64,000 nt of DNA, from assembly GCF_036321535.1 (NCBI RefSeq), contig NC_087437.1:45012001-45076000 (forward strand), read 5' to 3'. A model generated the notes under the pieces. The model ran no database searches. It worked only from the letters and a program-made list of their open reading frames with translations, and had not been told where the DNA came from. Of this stretch, positions 38,135-50,399 are shown piece after piece. The stretch comes from Camelus dromedarius. Its lineage: Eukaryota. Within the stretch, counting starts at the first letter, position 1. Each line of letters opens with the position of its first letter. Both the position numbers and the translations under genes were made by a program.

Positions 38135-38450
38135 AATTAATAATTCACATTTATTGAACTACCATGATATTCCAGAAACTACTCAAACCACCTTGTATTC
38201 ATTATGTAGTTAATACTCAGAATAAACTTATAAGAGTGGATACTATTATTAACTCTTTTTAACAGATGAGTAACTATTATTAACAGATGAGTAAACAGAA
38301 ATAGCTCATAATTTACAGTTATTGGATCCTTTCTATTGGATCAAGCACTTGCTTAAAGTCATAGTGGAAAGAAAAGCAGAGTGTTAGCTAGCATAGGTCA
38401 GAGCTTTGATTTTGGCACTGTGACTCAAACATTCTTTCATCAAATATCAT
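38135..38450 (-). mobile_element. MIR SINE with small internal duplication
   Basis: aataattcacatttattga...ttttaacagatgagtaa...gcacttgcttaaagtcatag. Confidence 0.7.
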
Positions 38451-38609
38451 GTGCCCTGAAGGCGTATCTCTCAGTTTTGGTATTTTTAGCACCTAAAAAT
38501 GCAGAGGCTCTCAGTGTTTCTGTTTAGTGACTGTTGTTTCTTAGTCCTTAGTCCTTCATCCCATTTTGCTGTTTCCATATGCCAGTGTATAAACAAAAAT
38601 GATATGTCA

Positions 38610-39061
38610 GCTTGGTTCACGGACACAAAGCAAAATCAGCAAAGGGAAAAGGCACAAGGAGGAATTTCCACATGAAATCAGGCTCAAGCTTCTAAAAGTC
38701 TTCCCTCAGTGAGTCACATGAGACAGGCTTAATTCCTCCGGCAATGAGTTTGACAACATGTGTGAAATATTGTTACCAGGGAAGCTCATTAAAGACTAAC
38801 TGCCTAGGATTTTTATTGGGGATTGCTCACATAAGCACCCTTGGCCTAGCATGTACTGAAATTTCAGAGTCCCAGAAGGGTAACAGGTGGCCAGCATAAA
38901 CCACATCATTTCAACAAACAGTTTAGGCACAGTGAGCTACTACCTAGTTCTGGAAATGGTGGGAACCCTCCCAAAATCCAACTGCCCAGATTCCAGCCAC
39001 ACAAGCAGAGCTTTCCAAGGAGAGCCATCTCAGGCATACTATGTTAACTCTTTTCTTCACA
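38610..39061 (-). mobile_element. MER21-family LTR (MER21B/C-like), partial
   Basis: aaaatcagcaaagggaaaaggc, accagggaagctca, atggtgggaaccctcccaaaatccaa, ends ctatgttaactcttttcttcaca. Confidence 0.85.
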
Positions 39062-39849
39062 GTGATAAATAGCAAATGATCTTGTTTTGTATTACTTTAT
39101 TACAATGATCACAATTCATTCAATGATTTGAATTGCATATATCACCTCCTTTTCCTGAGTAAAATGTCTTTGAATGCCTCGTTGAATTCAAAATAGCTTT
39201 TTTCTCATTGTGATTTATATTTGGTGGGGATCCAACAAGACTTTGTTGAGCAAGTGAGTGAATAAATAAGAAAATGAACTTATTAATGTTAGTGTTAAAA
39301 TAGGTTTGCATTTTTGAGTTTAAAAGGAAAGAGTTGTTTTGTGAAGACTTGTTCTGTATGGCTGTCCACAAAAGGTTAACTCGGTTGAAAGGGTCAAAAC
39401 TATCACTTAATGTAAAAGAAGGCTTTCTAAAATTAACAGCTGCCTGCAGGCAGAAGCCTGTTCTTTGGATATTGTGAGTTCAAACACAGATGATGAGTGT
39501 TGGAAGGGATGTTCTAGTTTAAGCACTGGTTGGTTAACTGGTAGGCTGGAGTTGAATGTTCTTAAAGGTTATTGTGATGCCAAAAGTCTATGACAACTTA
39601 ATTCTCTCTAGTTTATTAGCAGAGCAGATGAGTTTGACAGTAGGACAAGCAAAGCAAAGATCCTCCTGCAGTATGTCGATGTAACAAAATCTCCTGCTAG
39701 AGACTGTTTTCTTTTTAAATCACACAGAATATAGAAAATAATTCTGAAAAAAATGTTATTTTGAGCAAGCAATTGGTCAGCTAATTTACTTAACAAAATT
39801 CAGAGAAAAGTGGTAGAAATCAGTGGAAGGAATGACTTCTTGAAGATGA

Positions 39850-40345
39850 TGTTAATTATCTATTACTGCATGAAAAGTTGCCCATGAATTTAATGGTTTA
39901 AAACAATAAACATTTATTATCTCATAGTTTATGTAGTTAAAAAATTTAAGTGGCTTAGCTAATTGGTTCTCAGCTAGAGGTCCCTTGTGAAGTTTCAGGT
40001 AAGATGTCAGCCTGTTGCCATCATCTGCAGGGTTGACTGAGGCTTGCAGAACAGCTCAGTCATGGCACTATTAGTAACTAGCCTCATCCCCCCTACTGGT
40101 TACTGACAGGAGGTGTCAGTTCCTTACTATGTGGCTCTCTCCATAGGTCTGATTGAGTACCGTTATGACAGTGCACTTGGATCCACCCAGAAATGGATCC
40201 AATCTAAGGGAGAGAGCAAGGAGCTAGCCATAGTGCATTTTATGTCTTACTCTGAGAAATCACACACTGTCACTTCTGACACATTAGATTTATTAGAATT
40301 GAGTCTCTAAATCCAACCCATTCTCAAGAGGAAAGAAGGGGATAT
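39850..40345 (-). mobile_element. MaLR solo LTR, MLT1F/G/H-like
   Basis: ttatctattactgc...ggtttaaaacaataaacatttattatctcatagttt, tcagttccttactatgtggctctctccatagg, gagtctctaaatccaaccca. Confidence 0.82.
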
Positions 40346-41616
40346 TCCTCACTAAGTCTAATAAAAGATGGCAATATTTCTATTTATAGTTTCCATGATA
40401 ATACCATAATTTAATAGCAGAAATGTAGTCTACAGTTCAATAGTCTACCAGTTTTGAAATCTTGATTCCTTTCAGATCTGAGACATTCATATCGCTTCAA
40501 AGGTCTTTAGAGCTCAGCCTACCCTAGTACTGTGTCTACAGATCATAAACTAAGAATTGTGAATATAATCCCAAATTTGGGGAGATCTTTGCTGATTATA
40601 AAAATGCCCAAGGAACTAGGCAGTTCCAAGTTTCTATCATCTCACCATGTGATCATGAGGAACAACATAAGCAGTGAACTTTCTGGCTGGTTTTTAGAAG
40701 CAGGATTTTGCCTTCATCTTTGGATTATTTAAGCCCCAAACTCTTAAACATTGGTAGGTGGAGTGGGTAAGGAGCAAAACTGGACTTCCTATAACTAATG
40801 CCAGTGGATTCTCAAGCATTATAAATGCAAGAAATGTGAGCATATTTATAACCTACATTGATAAAGTATATAGTTATAATGTTACATTTAAACAGTTCTG
40901 TCAGGTTGTATGATACGTAAATCTAAGATGAAGACTGTTTTAACGAGTGAAAAATGTTTTTTCAAGACAGAAATAAAAACTTACAAAAAAGTGTAACACA
41001 AACGGGGTTTGGGAACACAGCTGACTTTGTTTCCTTGTGCTAATCGTGTGTTGTCCGTATTTATATTTTAGGTGAGGAAGAGATTTAACATCTGTTTTCT
41101 TCTTTATATTTACTTAAAGGTCTGCATGAGGTCTGTCGTGAAGAACTCAAGGAAGATAGTCAGTTATAATTTAAGACTCAAGTATAATGAAAGGGGGAGA
41201 AATTACAATTAAGGAAATCACTTCAAGTCACTATGGCGCTTACTCCTAATGACTCTATAACTGGTGTAACCTCTGAATTCCCTATTTATTTTTCCAGATT
41301 ATTGCAGGAGATCTGCAACATTAGGCAAACCTGCACCTGAGTGAAATTGCTGAATCAGTTATGCTGTTTTAATAGCACATGTAGTGAACTGAACAACTGC
41401 CAAAACACTTCAGTTTCAAAGGAAAACTGTATTCATCTTAGACTGAGTCTTTGCACAACCACCTAAATTGGAAGATTTAGGTGGTTATCTGACGTTTCAG
41501 ACCAGATGAGAAAATAAAATATTTTTCATCTGAGATATCCTGATAATATAAACCAAGAGATATGTTTTCTCTTGAATTGTACTAGTATTTTCTTTTATCC
41601 TCTATTTCAGATTCAG

Positions 41617-41710
41617 GTCAATTCAACAAATATCTGTCTATTGTACAAGGCATTTCACTAGACATTGTTGAGATATGGAGATAAATAAAATTCAGTCTTT
41701 TCCCAGGAAA
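41617..41710 (-). mobile_element. L2 3' end fragment
   Basis: caattcaacaaatatctg...tgtacaaggca...gagataaataaaattcagtc. Confidence 0.6.
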
Positions 41711-44094
41711 ATATAGGAGCAGGGATGGACTGGAATTGGTTACTGTAAGCTGGGTATACACTACATTTCTGTAGCTGCACTCATCACCTTTTTAGCCCAT
41801 TAAATCAATTTCTACTATCACCTAAAAGCATTATTTTTCCTATTTCTAGAGCAGAAATCTGAGAATTTATGTAATTTAATTAAGAAACTCACGTGTCTGT
41901 AAATGACTAAGCTTGGATTAAAATTCAAATCACTCAGATTCCAGAACTTACAATGAACAGTTAACATCAATTGGCAGACAAGTCAATCACGTGAATGCAT
42001 CTTTAAGTGTCAACACTCATTGGACAGATATCAATTAGAATTCATCATCCTAGATCTCCTAATTTGTAAAATTTACAAAAACTATAGGCAATATACAACT
42101 GTTTTATGATGGTATTATTGCTATTGTTTATATTTCAATGATATGCTTCCTGTACAAGTAACGTAAAATCCCATAGTTATATGCACTTCCCTGATTATGA
42201 TATACATTTTGATATTCCCATTTTGTTTATGTACAATGTGGAAATGAAACACTGTAACAAAATCAGTTATTATACGTAAGTAAATTTTAAAGAGTTTAAA
42301 GTGGGACCAAATGACAAATTCTGGAGACTCCCATTTGAGTTTATACAAAAATGTTTGTCCCGACTAATGAACGCATATGAAGGAGTGAGCCAAATGGATC
42401 TAACCACATCTTACCCTCCACCACTGTGTAACTGTGTAACACAACAGTCTGCATCTGTTGTGCAAGCAGGTTTAGATCAGATTGTTACAGTTATAGAAGC
42501 CCAATGCAGATACCTGTCTGATTGTGAACTTAAGTTTAACGCCAATCAGATTTTATTCCAAATCAAGGCATTATACAGAATCACTGCTATGAAAGAATAA
42601 AGGTATAAATAAGGCAGCCTTCTGATTTTGATTCACGGTGGGTCTTACACCAAGTGTGGATAATTTACCTCACAATGGTTACTAATGAAATTATCCATGC
42701 CACCCTCACACATAAGGATGCCTCTTCTTGTAATAACCCAGAAACTCTGATGTTACTGATAGGGAAAATAATAAAGGCATTCAAGGGACTGTACCTATCT
42801 CCAAAAAACTCTGAGTATATAAGAAGCATATGTTCTTTATATGTGTATATCTTAAACACATTAAAAAAAAAAAAACCCACGTCTCTCTATAAAACTGTCC
42901 TGAAGATACAGAACAGTTTAGAGAGACACAATGTTTTTATTTTCAAACATTTCGGTAGGAAACACATAGCACCAACACAGCAAACATATTTAAGTTAGAA
43001 AATAATAACACTGGGCCAATACAGCACAACGCATTAGCACTGTATGTCTGTTCAACATGAGGCGGGTGTAAATGATTCGGGCAGTAAAGGTCTTCCACGT
43101 CTATTTTCTCTGCGGCCTGGTGCAGCTTCCAAGCACTCATCAAAGCCCTGCTCCCCTGCTTCCACAGTGTTCAACTTGTCTCCAGAGCTGCCCACCTAGA
43201 ATGCGTCCTGTAGTCCTGTCTGAAGTTAGCTGGGACTGTCTGATTAAGCTCACCACCAACAGAATGTGAGTGGGTGTGTCATACGCCCTCTGGATCTTAG
43301 CTTTTCGATGCAGATCACTTCTATCACACTTTCCCTTTACCCCTTCCTGTTTCTCAGCCTCTAACACACAGAATATGAAAATACCTTAGGAGAGACTGGG
43401 GGCAACAACGGACAAAACCTTGGTTTTTTCTGACAAAGCGGAGCAGGGATTCCCTGACGATCCTGGCCTTTCACATATGGAGTACCACAGGAAAGAGAGA
43501 GGAAAAGGTTATGTTTTCACAGTCCCTGTGCTTTTGGATCTCAGTTGCAGCAGCTTATCTGTCAGCCTAATTAAGGTACATGAGAAAGACCCCTCTTTCA
43601 AGCTCTGCAGAATAAGGATACTGGCCTAGACGGTCTCTAAAGTCTCACCCACACCTAACATTCTAGGGAATTGAGTCTTATTCTGTGACAAGTTTTTGTG
43701 AAGAAGCTGGAAAATAAAACCAGGAAGACATTCATATTAATGAAGCAACTTCTACACAAATATAATGAAAAGCAATTACAAATTAAAAAAAAATCCAATT
43801 TAGATAAAGATGTATATGGTGTTGACAGACTCCAGTCTATTTACATTCCTTTAACTAAACAGAAAAAAATCCTATTGAGATTCCACAGGAAGACAGGCTT
43901 CAAATTATCACGACTCACCACCCTTCTCCCTAGTGCTGTAGGAAACTGAACACAGAATGGGTGGTGCTATGCACAACTGACTGGAGAGAAGTAAGAAATA
44001 AGAGTGAAGCCTTCATGCAATAATCCAGAATGAGAAGCTCTGGAGCTGTTAGAAAGATAAAGTACCCTGTGCTTTTGGGGCAAGCAACCCATAC

Positions 44095-44300
44095 AGTCTC
44101 ACCAGTGAGGACACTGGTAATTCTGCGACCTTGGGAAAGTCACTCCAACTTCCCAAACCTCAGTTCCCTCACTGGTAAAAGAGCTGTAAAACTACGATCC
44201 ATTTCAGAGTATTGTAAGGATTTAAAATGACAATGCGCATAGACCACCAAAGAGGGGGTAGTAAGAGTTTAACTGATGCTAGCTACTTTTCTAATAATAA
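44095..44300 (+). mobile_element. MIR SINE
   Basis: gcgaccttgggaaagtcactccaacttcccaaacctcagttccctcactggtaaaa...gtattgtaaggatttaaaatga. Confidence 0.8.
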
Positions 44301-44584
44301 TAACTATTGTTTTTGTTATTAGCGTAAGTATTATTTTAACTTATCCTGGATGGTGTATGACCAAACATTAAAGAATGCAAACACCAAGTAACACAAGACG
44401 GGCTGTCTTCAAGGGGTTTGCAATGGCCTTGATGAAAATAAGACTGAACTATGGAAAATTAATTCCTGATTAAGTAACAGATTATATGCTATTGCATGGA
44501 AACGCAGTGTGAAGGAGAGGGCAGTGTGAAATGGTGCGGACTTTGTGGGGAAAACAGAAAGCCTGTGCTAAGGATAGACTATGT

Positions 44585-44740
44585 GTTGAATATTATTTTA
44601 ACTGCTTTCTGCACTTGGCTTCCTTAATTCTTATGATAATCTTATAAGCACATACTTTGATTATTTCTATCTTATAGATAATAGAGAACTTAAGTGATTT
44701 GTCCAAAGTGACAGGTGGTATGCAATGGAAGCTGTATGGT
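44585..44740 (-). mobile_element. MIR SINE
   Basis: ttatagat...ttaagtgatttgtccaaagtgacag. Confidence 0.65.
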
Positions 44741-46374
44741 AAAATGAAACCAAATTGGGGCCAGATCAGAAGCATGAAGTGACACTGAGTTCTCACAAAG
44801 GATAAACTGATGAATGAAAAGGCCATGTCATTCCAAGAGAAGACAATAAAGAAAATCAAGGAAGAAGCGTCTTGAGTATGGCTTATGTCTGACTCAGAGA
44901 GGAAACAGATCTTAATTAGAGCAGTGACTAAAATATCTATGGGTATGCTCTTCTTACAACCTGTGAATTTACATACAGAAATGGTATTTTAATATGGAGA
45001 AATGTGATTTTTATAGAAGCCTTGAAATTGTAGTAATTAACCAGTATTGTTTATTTGTTTCAGTAATCATATTAACTTAAGTGTAATCTTTGGCAGACTT
45101 GGTATTAAGGAAAACGTAGTCTCTCCTTAGAGCTTTGAGACTTTCCGAATGTGTAAAGAATCAGGCCCGGAAACTGATAAGCAAGCTTTCTACACTTTAA
45201 CAGGAATTACACTAAAATATTTCCCTCCTTTCAGCCCAATGCAAAAGAAGTTTTCTACATGGATAGATAGCATGAATTGAAAAATGCAAGAATTTTATTT
45301 GAAGATTGATACGTGCAAAACATATTACACAAGTTTGATGTGAAGTATCTGCTTGTCTGATGAAATCCTGGCAAAAATATGCCTTACTTTTTACTCAAGT
45401 TAATTTTATAAACCAAACATACTCTCAAGAGAAGGGAAAAAGCACTGTGTCATTTTCTGGCAATCGTTTTAAAGCTGAATATTTAAACAGTGAATCTTGG
45501 TACCCATAAAAGACTTCAAACATCAACGCTGTTCTTTAAAAAGCCGATCAAATGACAGCTGAGCTGTGGAAATTCTGCTGACTTTCCAGGTAAGAAACCT
45601 CCTGAACAGAAAGAGGGCTACATCCCTTTATGTCCTTTATGTTCTACATTAATAATCTGAAATTTTTATCTTGTTTAAAAGTTTTCTCAAAGAATGAGTT
45701 GCTTGGTGAAAAAATGTAAATTGGTGTTTGGTAACCAGATTAAAACTACAGTTGTTTTAAAAGTTATTGTTGTTACACTGGCATGATGGAAGTCTCCCTT
45801 TATTCTACAAATATCAAAAACTGTACTCAGTCATACTTTCAGAGTAGAACTTATTACAGATTAGGAAACTTCTGCTAAATTAAAATGACAAAATACTGAA
45901 GAAGTCAAAACTAACAATGCTCATATTCTTGCTGGATTAATATCAAATTAGTATCAAACTGAGACATCAGCATTCATCAGTTTTTCATAATTTAAATGAA
46001 TAAAATATCCCTAGCTGCTCTTTACTCCTGTTATTGCATTTAAATTTAAACTGTCAAGCAAGTCTTGTTACTATCATTCTGGTATTTACAAATAAATCTG
46101 TATTTTCAATAAAGATGGATTCATCCATTCACGAATTGGTTGGGCTCCAGATTACAGAGCTGAACAAGACAGCTCTGATCCCTTCCCAAATGAAGCTTCC
46201 AAACTTCTGCAAAGGGCTCTTTCAACAATAATAATTGTAAAAATTAGTAATGAAAAAAGGAGTGAATATGCCATAATGGTGTATTTTGAAAGTACTTAAT
46301 GGAAAATTTTCCTAAATTTGTTTTATGTCTACATCTCCAAAGCTTTAGGAGGTAGCCGTGATTAGGATCCATCC

Positions 46375-46410
46375 TTCCTTCCTTCCTTCCTCTCTATCTC
46401 TTTCTATCTA
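46375..46410. repeat. (CCTT)n then (CTAT)-like short tract
   Basis: Read directly. Confidence 0.8.
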
Positions 46411-48059
46411 TTTATAATTTTTGGATCAGAGAATTGGGGTCTTTAATTTGCTGTGATTTCCTTTTATATAAAATACCTGAGTACAAAGGTGCCTAGAGAG
46501 ACAGATATGTTTAGATGGACTATATATGAGTTCAGCCCAGAAGCCTTTTAACTTACTGAGATTTATAAAATGCACACATAGATGCTGAATTCTCATAACC
46601 AAGAATAAGAGCTCAAAAAAGTCTTTAGCACTTACAAAATATGTTAACCATGTGCTTTTCTGATTACAGACACGTTTCTATCCACATTATTCCAAACAGT
46701 GGAGAAACAAACCAAACATAAGCTGTGAGTAAACTTCAGTAACTAGGTTGTTTTGTTCTACAAGGGATGTACCTTTCTTTAAATACCCATGTTTTAAATT
46801 TAAATTTAATCCAGATGTTTAATATTTCAAAAAGAATCTCTACTTTCTCTTCTAGATACACTGTTAAAGAGGATTTATTTTATTGATGGAAAAGTTGATT
46901 GATTTAATTTTCTGCAGAAAAGAGGGCATAGTTGATGCTTGTCAAACACGAGAAATGCAGAGGAGGCTTCAAGATTGGGAAGGGGAACTACTTGCCTACT
47001 TTCCTTGATTACTTGTACAGTTCTTGGTAAAACCTTCAAACAGAATATGTTCTGCTTTCCTTGTGTCAGGCGTGCCACTGGGTCACATTTTCTTGTTGCC
47101 CTGTCTTTCTACCATTTTATCTGTTATCCATATAGCCATCCTGAAATTTAATGACCTTTATCATTCTCCAATTAAGTTATGTGAGGTGAGACTCTAACTC
47201 AATTAACATATATCATATGGAGAGCACTTTATGTATTTCAAACACTGCTAACACTTTCCTGTTCCAAGTTGATTCATAGCAGAGCAGTCAGCAAGTATTA
47301 AGGATGACTCTCCTGAGGTCTACCTATCTTTTCCTTTTTTAAAAATCAAAGATGCTACAGTTTTTTGACTCACCTACTTAAAACTACAAACCTATACTGT
47401 ATTAACTTCAAAAAACTGTTTTTTCTATAAAGAAACAGAGGGCTTGGGAGGGTTGTTATTTGTTCTTCTTGAATTTGGGGAAGATATGTAGATTCTTAGA
47501 GAATTTATAAACTTTTCTCCTTAACCTGATTATAAAAATCTTAAAAATTATTAGAATGAGTAAATGTAGTTCATATATATGTAAAAATGCCAAATTTTAA
47601 ATATCCTCAAATATAAAATATTAGAAATCAATGGATGATCCAGTGAAAACAAAATACATACTAAGCATATACTTAATAGATAAAAATAAAGAGACAAAAA
47701 CCTACTTCTAGTGGCAGTGAATTCCTCAGTTGTTAAATGCTTAGTGGAAAGTCACTTGTCAAGGATTTACCTCCTATACTCACAGAGAAAAATTTTAAAT
47801 GTACTATAGTATTAGTAATACATGTTTCAATAAATCATAATAATTTCAAGCTGCAAAGAATACAAGATAAATTCCATATACAACTTAAAACTTAATTGCC
47901 AAAAAGAAATTTCTTAATTAAATAAAACTAAGTGTACAACTCACTTTTTAAAGGAATCTTGAAAAGAACATATATAAAAGCAAAGAAATTCTTTCAGATT
48001 CGAAATTACTATTCTTAACTGGTTTTTCTTGGTAAGGATCTCTTTCTGTAAATGGACCT

Positions 48060-48161
48060 TAGTACAGTGTGTTATATAACTCCAGGGGGTACCATCTGAG
48101 TGCCATTTATACAAAGTATTGTGTGAATGGTGACCTCATGGTTGAGCATGATGAAGGCCCT
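48060..48161. mobile_element. MER91-like hAT-Tip100 MITE
   Basis: aactccagggggtaccat...tgtgtgaatggtgacctcatggttg...ggccctg. Confidence 0.6.
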
Positions 48162-48248
48162 GCTGTCTATACCCGGTCCTTACTTGGTTATTACGAGATT
48201 AGTGGACACAGAATCTGCTGTGTCACATAGGACAACTTTAGGTCATGT

Positions 48249-48897
48249 TAGAATGACTGGCAGGCCAGCTATATAATTTCTAGGGCCCACTGCAAAATGA
48301 AAATGTCTTGCTTATTGTTGAAAAAAGGGGAAAAAGGCTTCCCCTTTGTACAGGGTTTCTCTATTTACTGTCATGGTATTTTAAAATTACCACACTTCCC
48401 TGGGCACAGAGACTCTCACAGGAGTGTGAACATTTACAAGTGCTTGGGGCCCTGCCCTAAAACTTGCTGAGCCTGACTTCAACCATCCTGGTCTCCGTGC
48501 CCAACCCTGGTCATGGCTGCTGGGCAGGAGCAAAAAGCAGGTGGCCTAAAACCCACCCCAGGAGGGTGCTGAGAGGTGAAAAAGCATATGAGTTCCAAGT
48601 CCCTGAGTTACATTCCATTGTATCACTGGGCTTCACTTAAAAACCACAAATTCAAAGATAAAAGAATTTTAAGAAGCAATGTCAGAGCATTAAGTCCCAA
48701 GAGAGATACCCTCTGAGTACAAGGCGCTGAGCTGCTGCACTGGTTGAACACCCATGAAGCAGGCCCTGGTGGCTAGATAATTCATCATCCAAACCAGGAC
48801 AATTTTGAGCATGAAAGGGGCACAGCTGTAACCTCACTGGGACAAGAGGCACCAACCAACATGATTAAGGACAAATGGTGAAGAATTGTCATCGTAC
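48249..48897. mobile_element. MER94-like hAT-Blackjack MITE split by MER45-like insertion
   Basis: gataattcatcatccaaaccaggacaattttgagcatgaaaggggcac at 48776-48823 matches the MER94 interior. Left TIR remnant tagaatgac lies before the MER45 copy. Confidence 0.65.
48261..48768. mobile_element. MER45-family hAT-Tip100 element (MER45B/C/R-like)
   Basis: caggccagctatataatttctagggcccactgcaaaatgaaaatg at the start and gcactggttgaacacccatgaagcaggccctg at the end. Degenerate 8-bp TSD atgactgg/gtggctag. Confidence 0.82.
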
Positions 48898-48939
48898 AGA
48901 AATATAGCTGAAGTAGACCTTTAAAAATTAGTAATTCCT

Positions 48940-49410
48940 AGGCAGCCACAAGTAAAATTCTAGGGGTGAGATTGGCTTAAACCCAAGGATTCCTGTTCCA
49001 TTTCTGTCTGATTCTCTTCACTCTGCCCCGCTTCATGCCCTCTCCTCCTGAGGCAGTTATGACAGTGACAGTAATTCTACATCTCAGATTTGGTTAAAAC
49101 AATATCCAGAAGAAGAATGAAGTTCTCTACCACCCTATACCTTCCAGAACAGAAAAGGCCTTTCTGGAAGCTTCAGGAAACCTCTCCTTGAGTTGCACTG
49201 ACCTGAATTGAATCACGATCCCATTTCTGAACCAATCACTGTCAAGAGAGACAATTTTAAGCCGATCAGAACTAACCCTGGAGACAACAGTGGGACCAAT
49301 GTATGGGCTCCATTGAAGACTGTGGATCTCAGAGAAAATCAGGTTTTGTTTAAAAAACAAAAAATCCTATTACAAAAGTAGAAACAGTACAGATGCAGAA
49401 TTGTCACTGA
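48940..49410 (-). mobile_element. Old MaLR LTR, MLT1J/K/L-like
   Basis: cctgaattgaatcacgatcccatttctgaaccaatcactgtc is characteristic of reverse MLT1J/K/L. Confidence 0.65.
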
Positions 49411-49633
49411 ATAATGTTGTGTGTATATATATATATTCTAAAGAGAGAGAGAGACGGATTTTTCCTGGGTAAACAGAGGAGACTCAGCAATATGAGCCCT
49501 GATCACATCTGCAGTAACACTTCATGCAGCCACAGCCAAGCCAGAAAGACACAGTTTTCAGACAAGTTTGGTCTTCTTAACAAGGCTCTTAGGGTCCCTT
49601 ATGATTTTGATTCCTGCCAATATCTCTTACTCC

Positions 49634-50163
49634 TGCAGGGGAGACAATATCTTACCCTTACTCTCTTAAAGTTTTTTTGTTTTCTTTCGTTTTGTCTTTT
49701 GATGGAGCCTGATAATTAAACTGACATAAGATATCAACAGAAGAAAGACAGACAAATTTATTTAATATAAGTTTTATGTGACACGGGAGCTTTCATAAGG
49801 AATGAAGACCCAAAGAAATGGCAAAACCTAGATGTGTTTTATATTACATTCAATTGAACAAAAGCGATTACAGAAAAATAAGTAAATCATATGGGGAGAC
49901 TAGAGGAAAATAATAAGAAAAGAATTACTTTAACAAAGTCTGTTTTATAGAATTCTCTGAGATTCAACTACTCATTCTTGATAAGACTGTTACATTTTTA
50001 GTATAGGGAGTACATCTTCCACAATGGTACTTTGTCTCTTCCTTTTAAGGAAAAGAAGGAAGGTCAGTGTTTCTCTTACATTTGCTGTTTCTCAAATGTC
50101 TTTAACTCAGAATAGTCAATCTGCAAGAGCATATTTTGGGGTGACGTGTTCAGGACTCCTTCA
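49634..50163 (-). mobile_element. ERV1-class solo LTR, MER34-family
   Basis: Ends tgctgtttctcaaatgtctttaactcagaatagtcaat...catattttggggtgacgtgttcaggactccttca (reverse MER34 start). The other end begins tgcaggggagacaa. Confidence 0.75.
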
Positions 50164-50399
50164 CCACCTAGCCAACAAAGGAATCAGCCATAAAGGAATG
50201 CTTGAAATGGACCAAATATGTGACACCCCATTATCTTGTTTTGCATCTCAAGTTCCTAGTATTTACTATACACTAAGTACATTAAATTAATTAAAGATCA
50301 AAGCATTATTAGTGCTAAAAAGCCTCATTACATTTTGAAAATAATTCAAGATATGACAATTTCAAATGAGATGTATCTCATAAATTAGTTTAAAATACA

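Noticed and set aside
41120-41169. Possible terminal exon GLHEVCREELKEDSQL*
   Set aside because: Acceptor is aag (weak), peptide unrecognised, no upstream exon chain.
42301-42998. Two adjacent ~100-aa + ORFs
   Set aside because: GTG starts, one crosses an A-run (KKKK), no known motif; a minus-strand donor at about 42410 has no coherent open exon.
46918-47008. Possible terminal exon KEGIVDACQTREMQRRLQDWEGELLAYFP*
   Set aside because: Plausible acceptor but unrecognised peptide and no linked exons; cannot be supported without data.
49630-50168. TSD for the MER34-like LTR (also sought for MLT1F and Charlie1)
   Set aside because: Flanks do not match (ctcc vs ccac); boundaries are uncertain or decayed.
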